A stretch of 54,512 bases of DNA, filler included, from Asterionella formosa (Eukaryota): the NCBI GenBank assembly GCA_002256025.1. It is 4 parts of 4 records of this genome, joined end to end, with 100 filler letters (N's around TTAATTAATTAA, not from the genome) between each part and the next. Parts side by side here need not be neighbours in the genome. Positions count along the whole stretch, not along the records: positions 13,691 to 27,253 come from NKIB01006598.1; positions 27,354 to 40,885 come from NKIB01006614.1; 2 more parts are not named here. One strand, 5' to 3'. Made by a program: the position numbers and the translations under genes. Positions 23,182 to 35,540 of the stretch are shown here, one piece after another (the stretch's first letter is position 1; each line of letters starts with the position of its first letter). The notes beneath the pieces were generated by a model. It ran no database searches and was not told the origin of the DNA. It was given only the letters and a program-made list of their open reading frames with translations.

Positions 23182-24107
23182 TAGGAACCTTAGAAGCGTG
23201 GAAGATAAGTTGGCGATTTATGCCTGTCGTATTCTATCAGGCGCACGATTACGAAGGTTGTCAGATAAAAGTGAGGCGTGTCGGCAATCCAAGTGCTACT
23301 TTCCCTTGCCTTCTTCGTGACATATACAATAGCCGCCGCTTCAGAATCACACATGTATGTATAGCAAACATGCGCGATAGTGCCGTTACATTGCACAACG
23401 TTTGTGTAATGGATTCGATCATGCCCATAATTGGCGCCAAATGCTTTCGTTACAACAAGACGATATCGCTTACAATATCATGATAATTATCATGTACTCT
23501 CGGTATGCCTGACACATATGAGGCGATTTGATGCTAATGCGATCATTGAAAATCATAGTTTGAACGCACCTTGAAAATAATAAATGTTGGTTTGGAGAGG
23601 AATGTAATTTGTGAGAGATATTTTGTCATTTATTGTTTGCTGATCTATTGCTTTCTTCTTTCCAACTTCGTGCTTGTTGCTGCTATATTTTCCTCGTAAT
23701 TTCAAACTTAGCTATAGCTACACACAATATAACTACTGGGGGGTACGACATCGATATTCACGGATGTCCAAATCTGTCGCTCTGTCAAGAAAGTGACAAG
23801 GAGGTCAGTCGTTGTGAGTCTTATGGGTCATTACACTACCTGGTACCAGGTCCACCCGTATGATGGTCATTACTGCATATGCCTAACCAGCCATATTCAC
23901 CCCCAGTCGTCTCAATTTAGCTACCGGTACATATATGAATACCGTTAAGTGTTTAATGAACATTATACAGTACAATATACAAGTATGATACCGGTACTGA
24001 GCTTATTTTATATGTTATATCCTGGTTTATATTCTAAAATGGAGTAACAATGTCTAAGGAATATTACCGGGGAGTCGAATTTGAGTGCTTGCCGGCGCCG
24101 CATTCCA

Positions 24108-24250
24108 TTTTCGGCAAAGTGACCACAACTTGCATGTACCCGGTACCTTGCAAGTTGCGGTCATGTTGCTTAAACTAACATTTTGATTTGGGATGAAGAT
24201 ATAGCTATTAATATTTATTTTCAGCAAAATTACCGCAACTTGTTACTGGT
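24108..24250. repeat. Cluster of short TIR remnants (hairpin plus about 95-bp mini-element) related to the 27797-31496 element ends
   Basis: gaccacaacttgca (24121-24134) is inverted against tgcaagttgcggtc (24149-24162). tcagcaaaattaccgcaacttg (24221-24242) resembles the tgcaagttgcattcattttgctgaa terminus at 27811. Confidence 0.5.
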
Positions 24251-25868
24251 AATCACCTGGTAGCAGGGGTATAAAAGCATGATGATGTTTTGTTTGCTCT
24301 ACATACCGGTATATAAATATGATAATACTGGTAGTTGATCCTGTATTTTTATTGAACAGTACTGGTATCAGTTAAAAATGGCTTTGAGCCACTAAGAAAC
24401 AATATGCTAGCTAACATTCACAGTGTATATATAGCTATTTTCTAATTTTCAAGATGTGACTATTTTAAGGATGACAAAGTTGTTTCTGATGTTGTGCCAG
24501 CCAGGTACAACATATTTTGTTGTCGATTAGGTCTTGTGTTTTAGACAATCAGATAAATGTGTTGGAAAGTAGCAATCAGACCGAAAGTGGCAAAAACAAT
24601 ATGAAACCATTGATCCGGCATCTCCAGGAAATACACATATACAATTGTAAAGAAAACTTAATATCTAAAATTTATTTGGTTGCATTTAACCACCATGGAC
24701 CATGTACTATATCAATAAATAACTCAATTAGTCACTCTTAGTAAACGAATGCAATATTTCTTGCCGGCCAGAAAATCGATCCATATTTATGTTTCAAAGA
24801 CTGTAATTCAATTCAGAAATTGCTTCCGACATACCACAAAATGAAGCAAATCGTAACCATCTCGTCATTAACAACGATGAAACCTACAGCGAGAAAACAG
24901 TCTCAACCATCCAAAAAGTACAAGGTGATACCTATTTCTTTGGATAAGACTGTAGAGTCACTTATTTAGAAAACATATAGTTATGGAATTAGAAACCTTG
25001 AAAGGCAAATAACAATGGCGAACTAGTACCATATGGTGCAATATCAAATATGGTTGCTTCTAAGGCGGCTTCTCTGGCTTGGCTAACAAAACCTATGGTC
25101 CAGCACCATTTGCAGAAGCTAAATAAGGCGGAAAAGGCAACTTATTCTCTAGGTTAATTACCTGCTACTATGACGCCAAAAAATTCACAGTTGTTGGCAG
25201 GACATACCTCATCAATTTGTACCCTGACAACAAATTCAAGTTTAAAGATCCAACTCTCAAAATGCAAGAGAGCCTTACTCACCCTATAGGAAAGGTGCCA
25301 TGCTGAATATGCTGTTGAAATGCCAATGGGCAGTTGAATTTACCAAGAGTTTTTACTATTTCATCCCATGGTCTACCTGAGGGTACTGGTACCAGGTACC
25401 AGGTGCTTTAAGTACACATGTTTCTGGTAAAAAAAGTTTAGCTTCGGCTGTTTTCCTTACATATTACCGGTAGTTAGAACTGTCGTCTACCGCACCTTCC
25501 ACAGGAGGTACTTCAGAGTTCACCATTATGTTTGTCCCATGCATATGAAGACCTCCCTGGAACATTTGTACGGAGGGGAGTGCATTGAAGGACGACTTTG
25601 AACAGACCATCATCATTTGTTTGTTATTACACATGAGCGGATAGCTATTGCTTGTTCGAGAATACTCCTAAGGCGAAACGAATTACTGATGTGTGTATCA
25701 GCTTTTGTAAACGCAATTAAACTGGGAAAACTAGCCTTCATGCGCGAGTCTATTCGCGAAGGTAAGTATGCACGAGAATACGCCAAAGGTTAGCATTGTT
25801 GATGCATCAGCATGGTTAGTAAGATCGATCAAATTCTAACGTCACATTCCTTCTGAATTATGAAGGGG

Positions 25869-26720
25869 TTACTTTGTAGTAATAGCGGATAGGGTTTTAC
25901 TTTTCGCATCACCCACATCATCGTTTTCGTGTTTTTCCAAAGCTAATGACTTTTTCTTTGCCAACGCAGCCATTTCTTCTAGAGGAGTATGACCATGCTT
26001 AGTGTGCGCCTGTTTTGCTGTGTAAGACAAATATGTGTACCAAAGGACCCCCACGCTATTGATCATAAGCACCTGAAACTTGACAGGAATGTATCGAAAG
26101 GTAAACGCCATGGTCGGAATCCACAATGTCCACTCTGCAACTAAAATAGAAGGCACTTCTTCATATGCCATTTTTGGTATATTTTGGAGAGGCGATCCCT
26201 CCAAGGCCCAGAGAGTCGATAGAAACAAAGGCAAATACACTGGTGTAAAGCAGAATTCATCCCAGAAGACTCGTTTGGCGACAGCTAGCAAAGTCGTTCC
26301 AGGAACCGCCCGGTTGAGGAAATTGTACCAATAGTGCAAAGCAGGTGCCACCATGACTCCATTTAAGAGCGCGAAGCGTCCAACCTGGGGCCAGTCAACC
26401 GTTCGTCGTTTCGTTTCTGATTCTTCGTCATCGTCGTCATCCTCCCCCATCAACGTCTGAGACAACACATTTCCAAAGCCTGTCACAATGAATGCGGAAA
26501 TGGATTTGGTCAGGATAGGATGCGTGTCCAGCTTTTGAGAGTACCATGCAAAAAACGAAAGTCGTACTGGCGATGCTGGTGTGGTCTTGTTGGTCATGGT
26601 CCTTGTTCTTTGTATGGTCCTGGCTGCTTTGGAATCCCAATGTGCAGTCGCCGTTCCCTGCTTGACCAAGCGCCCCCCGTACGACCGAGGAATGCATCTT
26701 GTAACTATGGTCATCATCAT
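25869..26720 (-). CDS. Mpv17/PMP22 family membrane protein
   Basis: WYSQKLDTHPILTKSISA, GNVLSQ, APALHYWYNFL, KRVFWDEFCFTP, WTLWIPTMAFTFRYIPVKFQVLMINSVGVLWYTYLS. Confidence 0.93.
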   Translation of the reverse strand: MMMTIVTRCIPRSYGGRLVKQGTATAHWDSKAARTIQRTRTMTNKTTPASPVRLSFFAWYSQKLDTHPILTKSISAFIVTGFGNVLSQTLMGEDDDDDEESETKRRTVDWPQVGRFALLNGVMVAPALHYWYNFLNRAVPGTTLLAVAKRVFWDEFCFTPVYLPLFLSTLWALEGSPLQNIPKMAYEEVPSILVAEWTLWIPTMAFTFRYIPVKFQVLMINSVGVLWYTYLSYTAKQAHTKHGHTPLEEMAALAKKKSLALEKHENDDVGDAKSKTLSAITTK

Positions 26721-27353
26721 GAATGGAATAAGATATAGTCTAACTTGTGCAATGGCAAGTAACTGTTGAACAAGATTTGCTTTCTTACAACGAGGAGGCC
26801 AGAAGCAAGTGAGTTCTGACGAAAGTATGGAGGAAGTGAATGAGGATCACAATCACACAACAACGCACCCCCGCGTCGTGTGAGTGAGAAAGTAAGAATT
26901 CTATTTTTCTTCTCCTGCTCGTCCTCCCTGGTACACATTGTAGCTACCAGGTACCAGGGTGCCAGTACCAGTACCAGTATCTACAAGGACATGCATGCCC
27001 TGTACACCACACACCATAAGGTGCGTACCTGGTACCAGGTACCAGCAATTGTCAAGCAGCCAAAATGCATGATACTGGGCGGGCTGTGGTGCCTGGATAG
27101 AGCATGATGTCATTTATATCGGTATCATATGTAAGGAGTTTACCGGTAGACTATCGGTGTACTGAAAATGGAAATAAAATACACTAGCGGCATTTCCCTT
27201 TGGCATGAAATTCATACCCTATTGATGGTGCTTCGATGATGGCTGACACGATTNNNNNNNNNNNNNNNNNNNNNNNNNNNNNNNNNNNNNNNNNNNNTTA
27301 ATTAATTAANNNNNNNNNNNNNNNNNNNNNNNNNNNNNNNNNNNNNNNNNNNN

Positions 27354-27662
27354 AAACGTGAATAGTGCGCTTCCTTCAACTGTCACTGATTCCTTCGGTA
27401 CTGTTAAGTAGCTGGCGAATGCTGATACATGATACTTGCGACATCTCGAGCAATGGCAATCAGCGACAGTCAATATCTCCGTGGTCGTCGGCTTTATACG
27501 GAGCGTCATCTCGCCGCAGGCACATTTAGCAGCTAATTCAGCATTCATTTTCAAAGGAATGTTGCTAGTGGCATGTGATAAGGCAAACGTGTGTACTAAA
27601 AGTAAACAGATGCAAAGCAAATGGGTGTAATGGATCGTTGCAACAGACGAATCCAAAGGCAT
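27354..27662 (-). CDS. GFA/CENP-V (Mss4-like) zinc-binding protein, 5' fragment truncated by the gap
   Basis: AKCACGE...DCHCSRCRKYH signature after a hydrophobic leader. The ORF runs into Ns. Confidence 0.8.
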
Positions 27663-28065
27663 GATTGAGAGATTGGCAAAAATGTGAACAACTACCGGTA
27701 CCTAGTACCGCTACAAGTGGGCGCGCTTCGAAATAAAATAAAATTATTGCATGGTGGTTTGAATTATTTTTTCGTTATTGCCCGCTCCAGTTTACCAGTA
27801 CAGTTGGTGCTGCAAGTTGCATTCATTTTGCTGAAATTGAAGACGTGACGCAGGACAGACGTTTATTTACATAGAAAAAAACGTCATCAATTCACTCTTT
27901 AAAATCGACTTCATGCATGGTGATCTGTTACATCATTTCAGCTGAAATGATATGAGCACTGAAAATCAGGAACGGGAAAAGCAGGGTCATGTGACATGAC
28001 TGATGAGAAATACAATGAAATTGCGTATAACACACCAGGAACAGGAAAAACTAGATCACGAGACA

Positions 28066-29515
28066 TGACTGATTAGAAATACAATGAAGTTGTGTATTTT
28101 ATTGAAAACTGGGATAATCCAGAGATACGGCGACAACATCGAATTGGTTATTCACTTGTAAAAAAGTATGCAGTGCGATCAAAGAAAGATGTGGAAGGCA
28201 ATCTAATAAAAAGCCTTTATGTGCGTTATCAAGAGAGACAGTGTGAAAGAAGGAGATAATGTGGGGAGAAAGCTTCTTCGATGCAAGGAAATGTTTGATG
28301 CCATATATGATGCTCACTACAGTCTTGGTCACTTAAAATCATCTGTTACATGGAGAGAGGTTAATCGTCATGTTTACAATATCACAATACAGCATGTGAA
28401 TGCATTTATCAGTGTGTGTCCTGTGTGTATTTCTGTGCATCCTTAAATTCCGAAATCTAAGGGAGCCCGATGTCCTATACATTCTGGTGAATTCCGTGAT
28501 CGCATGCAAATTGACTTAATTGATTATTGTCCCAATGAACGACACACTGTTTATGGTCAGGTAATGCAATAGATTATGGTTGTGAAGGATCACTTCACTG
28601 GCTTATGCTATTTAAGAGCTATTCCAAACAAAATGCAAAGTATGTCTGCTTTGAATTAAATTTTCTCTTTGGATTGATCGGATATCCGCATATCTTTCAC
28701 ACAGATAATGGTTCTGAGTTCACAGCTGAACAAGTTGTGGGTACGTTGAAAAGGTGGAATCAAACATTACTGACAGTCACTGGTAGGCCCCAAAAGCCCA
28801 GTGATCAGGGTTCAGTCGAAATCATCAACAGACTTGTGAAACGTGTAATGAACAGTGTACTTGCAAGTGAAATTCATAAGGGAAAACTCTGTCCAAACTG
28901 GACCAAATACCTTGGAGAAGTTTAATTCAATTCTGAACCGACAATGTGGTTGGACCAAAAATGATGTTTCTGCATATGTAACCGGTTTTGGGATTGATTT
29001 CGATCCCATTATGCCAGACACCAGAGACAGCATCTGCAGGGGCACAACTATCCAAGAGCGCATGGATGTGGCAGCTAGCAGTACTAGATTCCGTGCTATT
29101 GTGGAATCCATGTATGACTTTTGTCTTCGCCCTATCTACAAACAAACTTGGATGAGGAATACAAGCAGTAACTGATCATGGCATTATATGTTCTGGAAAA
29201 GGGAGAAATGAGAAGATATACTTTATCCCTCAAGAAAGATACATTGTCCATCCAAATGAGGCAGTCATTTTACCATATTTGAATGAAAAGAGACAAGCCA
29301 TACTTGATGGAACTTTCGCTTGTGAAAATTATAGAAAAATGAGTATGCAGCAAGCTCATGCTTTGTGTTATCCTCAAGATAGCAAGTCAAAACGAAGGTG
29401 TAGGTGTCTGAAAGAATGCACAAATGTTTGTGGATGCTTTAAGGAAAAGCATGCTTGCAGTGTGTCTTGCAAATGTTCTGCGAAATGTATGAACAAATTT
29501 AATAAACAATTATAA
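28066..29515 (+). pseudogene. Integrase/transposase pseudogene (H2C2 zinc finger, rve DDE core, C-terminal Cys cluster; KRBA2/SCAND3-like)
   Basis: DAHYSLGH...ISVCPVC, RMQIDLID, VVKDHFT, GYPHIFHTDNGSEF, GRPQKPSDQGSVE and RCRCLKECTNVCGCFKEKHACSVSCKC. Several stops and frameshifts. Confidence 0.85.
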
Positions 29516-29992
29516 GTCATTATTAGCTAAAAATACTTTTTCATAAGATTTCTTGTCATATAAAAATCTGGTGAAACAGCAGTGTATTGGAAACTGTGGT
29601 GAACAGAGAAATCAGTGTGTACCCAGGTACTCCTGGTAATGCCTTACGCTACCATTGGTACTATGCATACTAGTACTACCAGTGTACATACCGTAGGTGT
29701 ATTGGAACCACCCCTATATCAGGGGTCAGGATGGTGATTTTCTTACTAGCCTAGAAAACATTTAATTTAAGTTAAATTGCCTTGAAATTTTTATCCACAA
29801 CTCCAAAAAGATGGTTGTGATAGTGGAGTAAATTCACAAAACAAGCGCTCGTATATAGATACTAGGACTTATTGCTTCAAATCTGATGAATGAAAGAACT
29901 CGGAAAACTAAATAAATAGTGCCAATTCAGCAGATTTTACTAGTAAATTCTGCTGATTTGGATTTCATCAGATATGACTTAACAGACCAACA

Positions 29993-31360
29993 CTAAGTGA
30001 CATACTATAGGTTGTATGCTAATTTAATTCTTCAAAACAGGGAAATCTCAAGAAAACACAACAATGGCCAGGGCGATAGAGGGGTGGCCTGAAACAAAAG
30101 TAAGCGAAGTAAGCAAGTCTTGCTTACATTGCTTTTTTCTCTCCAAACTCAAAATCGTTCTCCTTTTTCGGCTGAAGTAAAGAAAACAACCGATCTTAAT
30201 CAACGGTTTTCAAATTCGTTGGGATTGCAAATTCGTAACTGCCAGCATCATCATAGCAATGACCCGATATAAGTACCAGGTACTGGTATTATAAACTACC
30301 GGTATGTATTTACAGTACGTACACATGTTATGTGTGCATGTATACTATACACTGTATTGACTGCTGTCAAATAATGAAGACTATAGTATACCGGTCCTGA
30401 TGTTATGAATACTGCATTAACTGTCAACTACCGGTAGGAGTACTCATCTGATCTGCCATCACCAGCATGCTTCCATCATTCCCATCTCACAATGACTCAA
30501 TTTTGCGGCGTCTATAAAAGCAATCAAATCTAAACTAATAAAAAAATTGTTTCAAATCTTTTGCTTCAATGAATCATGTTTTTTAGTCGTCTTTGTATTC
30601 ATTGTACAGCTACTGTGAAAATGTCAAATCTGCTGATAGCATCGTTGTTTTGAACTGTGAATCTATAAATTTCATCAAAAAATGCGCTATCGGCTATTTC
30701 AATGATTTTTGTTGTCAATATTAGAGTTATTACAACTGCTCTTTGACGATTGAATATCCTATATTGTGCTTAATAAGTGTACCCAATAGCAAAGCGTCAT
30801 TCTCATTTTTCATGGAAATATTCGTTAATTTCGTCATGCTGGTCAAGGCTGAGACGACATGATGCACCATGCATATTCCAGCCACTCACGACGACTACAC
30901 AGATATTCCGTAGTGGTTTACCGGTAAATATATTATGTCTAGAAAAGAATCGAATAATCTAAGCTAAATAATTATATACAAGCGCTCACGAGTGCTACCT
31001 CGGGGCACCCTGAGCAGCATGCGAGTCCCGCCACCAGCATGCATACAGTGGAATGGTCATGGTATACTAATAGTTATATCGGGTACAACTATTTGGTACA
31101 TATGATGACGCTAGCATAAAAATATTTCAAATCCTAATTGATATAGAACCTTTCATTATTGGTTGTTTTCATCACTTCAAGAGCCGGAGAAGGAGAACGA
31201 TTTTGAGTTTGAAGAGAATAAAGCATCATGACCAAGATTCGCTTACTTTTGCAATGTGCCGCCCCTCCATTGCCCCGGTCGTTATCATTTTCTTTTTTCG
31301 GCTATTTACCTCGTTTTGAAGTTTCCTTGTTTAGACTAAATAATTATTTACGTCACTAAG
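29993..31360. repeat. Diverged inverted repeat pair (about 29993-30190 vs 31161-31360)
   Basis: For example aaactcaaaatcgttctcctt (30145-30165) vs aaggagaacgattttgagttt (31190-31210), with flanking similarity on both sides. Confidence 0.7.
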
Positions 31361-32070
31361 AACAAGTCGTAATACTGTCGACTCAAAGAAAGAGTTATGA
31401 GTTATGACGTTCTCTATTTAGTCTTTTAGAGCGCCTGTCCTGCGTCACGTCATCAATTTCAGAAAAAAATCATCACAACTTGCTGTTACCAGTACTGCTG
31501 AAGGCAAGACATGCCCGAGGTGGTCTCTTACCTGCGAGTATACCTGGTAACGTATAATTCACTGTGCGTCCTGCCTGCGACTGAATTTGACTGATTTTAC
31601 TTAAAGGGGTGGTCCAGGAAAATGAAGAGATTTCCCTTATAATGGATCTACCTACATTTTATCGGTTTTACAAGATGGAGCGCATTTTTCTAATATCTAT
31701 AAATACGACAACTATTTACTTCATGTTGCTATCGGCGATCTCAATTTTCGTTGTCATTATTGGTGTTATTACTTTACTTCTTTCACCGTTTTTTTTCTAT
31801 GTCGTGCTTAATGGACGTAGCAAGCAGCAAAGAGTTGTTCTCAATTTTCGCAGAGATAATTCGTATTTTCGTCATCATCAAGGTTGTGACAGCATGATGC
31901 AGGATTCTCCAGCTGCTCACAACCAATACCTTTGCACTCTAGTGTTTTATGTGTACAAAGTAATCGCAAAATCGTAGCTAAATAGTTATTCACCAGTTCC
32001 TAAGAGAAAAAATTACAGTAAGTTACTTTGTCTTTGTCTAGAAAAATATTGGGTGTTTGGGGGGGGGGGG

Positions 32071-32721
32071 TGTTGAAATTTATGGCGCCTACTCTACTAG
32101 CGCGCTCCAGTACTGCCCTGGAATGGTTGGTCAAGATCTTTCTTGCGCCGCTTGTCTGCAGATTATTCTGCTATATAGATCCTATCTATTTCCGTTTAGA
32201 CATTCCTCAGACTACCTAGTCTTTGGACATCTGTCGACATCAACAGCCTAACAGACACACTCTGACAACCTCCCCTGTTGATGTTCGCCTTACCACATCA
32301 TCCTAATGTGTATGCTCGACACACCCTATCCTACAGGAATTCTCATAGCGCCCTCTCTTTTTCTTCGTCTCTTTTTTCTTTCTGTTCTTGCTGAGGACTT
32401 GAACTGTCAACCTTTGGTTTTCACGTATATCCTCGTACCACTTGTACTAACAAGCCCGTTACCATGTTGAAATGTATGGCGCCTACTCTAGCGCGCTCCA
32501 GTACTGCCCTGGAATGACCAGTCAAGATCTTTCTTGCGCCGCTCGTCTGCAGATTATTCTGCTACCGGTATACAAATCCTGTCTATTTCCGTTTAGACAT
32601 TCCTCACCAGACTACCTAGTCTTCGGACATCTGTCGACATCAACAGCCTAACAGACACACTCTGACACCCTCCCCTGTTGATGCTCGACATACCACATCA
32701 TCCTAATATGTATGCTCAACA
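32071..32721 (-). mobile_element. TRIM-like non-autonomous LTR element: two LTRs of about 250 bp (32071-32321, 32465-32721) around a 143-bp core
   Basis: Near-identical direct repeats with TGTTGA...TC(A/G)ACA ends. On the minus strand TGGTAACGGGC follows the first LTR (PBS-like) and purine-rich sequence ending GGATAGGGTG precedes the second. Confidence 0.8.
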
Positions 32722-33699
32722 CATGATATGGTTGCTACAAAACATCATGTCGGATTTTTCAATGCTTGTTACAACCTTTCTTGTGTGATCGGTTTTCAAG
32801 CATATATTTAGTGCTCCATGCATGTTTGATGTGGTGGTATGGAATTGTAAACTTTCCCATGAAAATTCTACTCCTGACGTTGCTCGATGGTCCCTGCTTA
32901 AACCTAAAATTGGACAACCGAAAAATCCACTGTGCCCCTCTATTGCCCTTAAATATTAAAACATATCTTGTATATTCCATATGTTGGCATTTCGGAAAAA
33001 CAATTTTCGCCAATGCCCCGCGGTTTTCCAGCCCTGGGATCGCCGAAACCGGCAAGGGGTCTACTTAGGGAAACTATTTTTTTTACTCTACAGATTTGAT
33101 CAAATATGTAGTATTCACCTCGTTTTTGTTCATTTCCTGCAAAGTGACTGCGGCATTTCACCTTCCACCATGCCGATCATCGTCCATCACGCCCAGTCTG
33201 AAGCAAAATGAGTTCATTGATGACGCCTGTAGCGATTCATAGTCAAACAGATGTGGTTGGTTGATGGATTGCTTGTCTTTTCGTGGGATTCATGTTTTCG
33301 CATCATACATATTTCATGGGAGGAACAATGTTTCCGATATATCTGATGTTGGCTGCAAGTTTTTTGCGCCAGTCATTTATGTGCTTAATGGATATTCTAG
33401 TCATCTAGCCTACATACATACATGGTATTAAAAACAACCATGCTTGGTTTAAGTTTAACTTTAATGCTTATGTTGAACACATTATAATATTTATACAGCA
33501 GACTTGGTATTATCTTTGTGAGACGAACATGTTAAATTATATCATTCACATATTCATTGATTTTCCGTATGCCTGATCTCATCCTAATAATTATAATTAA
33601 AATCTATCCTGTTTGCCGTTGCTCAATTCGGGCTGGCAACAGGATTCGACTTTCGATTGATCCCATTGTCTCCTGTTTCTTTTGCTAGTTAGAGCCAAT

Positions 33700-35029
33700 T
33701 GGTGAGTATAATACTGAAATACAAGATATGGTATGTAGATGCTATTTGTACGATTTGCGATTTGATTGCCTCTATTGTCCATTTTGATCGCTTCCGCGTT
33801 GTTTGTCGTTCTGTATATGTATATATCAATGCCTACTCTTTGAAGATGCATTGTTATTCTTATTTGTTGATTTCTTAAGTCGTTGACCATGATGTCAATA
33901 TTGTTTCCAAGCAATGCTTTGTTGTTCTAACTCAGCTTGGTATCTTTCTACGAAGATTTCGTATTGTACTCTACATTTCAATATTCAACAATCATCGCTG
34001 ATCATGTATAGGGTGTAAATAGGGGAGCAGCCTGGCGATCACACACAGAATGGAATGATCAGGGTTGTTGTTTGGGGGAGACTACTACTACCTGTCTTCT
34101 ACTATCAAGCAACAGATGTTTTCATAGTTTCAACGACCATATCAGCTACTCTATAGTACAATGCAGATCTCAATTGGGTTTCTATAGTATTTTGTTGTTT
34201 GATTGTGTGATAGAATGTCAATGGTGCCTGTTGTGTAAGTTCTACTAAAATACATATGTCTTCATGGAAATTGATATATTTTACTCAATTTCTAACCCAA
34301 ATTTTTCTCGTTTGACACTACCTATTACATTGTATATTATACTTTGACAAAATATCGAATCGTGGCTTCAATTTCATGTGATTCGATCAATTCAATCAAA
34401 TGAGAATATGATTATATTTGAATGAATGATGTCGTATAATAATTCAATGGAATGAATCTTGAGTTTGACATGGGATGTCAATTCACTTATTGTTAAGTGT
34501 GAGCAACCAAGACATTGGAGTAATCGTGGCAGGGAAACAGATCGTGTTTTGGAATGAACAGTTGATGCAATGGACAGCAATCTGAGAAAAGTTCATCTTT
34601 GGAGTTTTAGTTTTAGTTCATAACAAGTAAAGTGTGAAATCTGTTTTCAACTTCAGGTTGTAGTCTTAAAATGTAAGACAAGTCAAGTTGTCATCAAAGC
34701 TAGCAATACAAATTGTTGGACGAGTAAGCTTGCAGCTATCAACATAAACTAGATATTTTAACAATACTTTGGTTGCTCCAAACATCTTGTTCAATTTTCA
34801 TTGGTATTGTATGGTACCATCATTCTTGTGTATTTGATGCTTGCTTTACCATTTCTATGATATATGTATGTTACTGTTATTCATGTGGCTTGTCATGCTA
34901 AAATCGGCAATTTTGGTGCCGAAAAATTCGATGTGCCCCATATTGCCCCTAATTATAAATTACTTAAAGCGTAAAAATTACATAAAACAAGTCCCAAGTG
35001 GCAAGACGATAGCTGGATCGGGAATTGCT
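33700..35029 (+). repeat. Dispersed repeat (probable non-autonomous DNA transposon end), left copy
   Basis: Colinear inverted similarity to 39949-40885, e.g. gtcatgctaaaatcggcaatttt...aaattcgatgtgccccatattgccc. Confidence 0.75.
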
Positions 35030-35540
35030 AGTTCAAGCAACCAATTGATGACCTTTCTCTGTCAATTCTCTCTGTTTACTAAAAATACTCGTTCTCAAAT
35101 TGTGTGAATAAACAAAAAATTACTTTCATTACATCCTTTGCATTGACATTGACTTTCTTCGAGTCTCAACTAGGTGGTAAGAACCCTCACCCTCTCCTAG
35201 AATTCGTCAACTTGAAACTGGTGATTGGCGTTGCAACTTGTAACTTGCCAATCGATGAGTCCACAATTATCGTAACCTGATGATGCCCTGGTATAATGTT
35301 CTTGACACTTATTTTAATAGCTCTATATGGGGAGATACGGTTTTTAGATAGTTTTAATAAAAGGAATCCAAAGTGAGAGATCCTCGGTTTTCCTTGACAA
35401 ACACCATGTGATGATTCTAACATGATCTGAATTCATATTGAAACGCCCGTAGAACAGGCTAGGGTGAACAATACAATATGAATTCATTGGTATCGTTAGT
35501 GCCAAAGTTAGTATTTATAGCATTCTAGGCAAAAACATTA

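Larger units (their letters stand above)
27797..31496 (+). mobile_element. Ginger-like (gypsy-integrase-related) DNA transposon with TIRs, degenerate
   Basis: An imperfect inverted repeat of about 65 bp (27797-27862 vs 31432-31496) encloses a broken integrase ORF. No RT or LTR is present. Confidence 0.65.

Noticed and set aside
27968..28097. Two-copy tandem duplication of about 68 bp, and similar tiny duplications at 13193-13262 and 20404-20450
   Set aside because: Ordinary local slippage or subterminal repeats within TE-derived sequence, with no independent signal.
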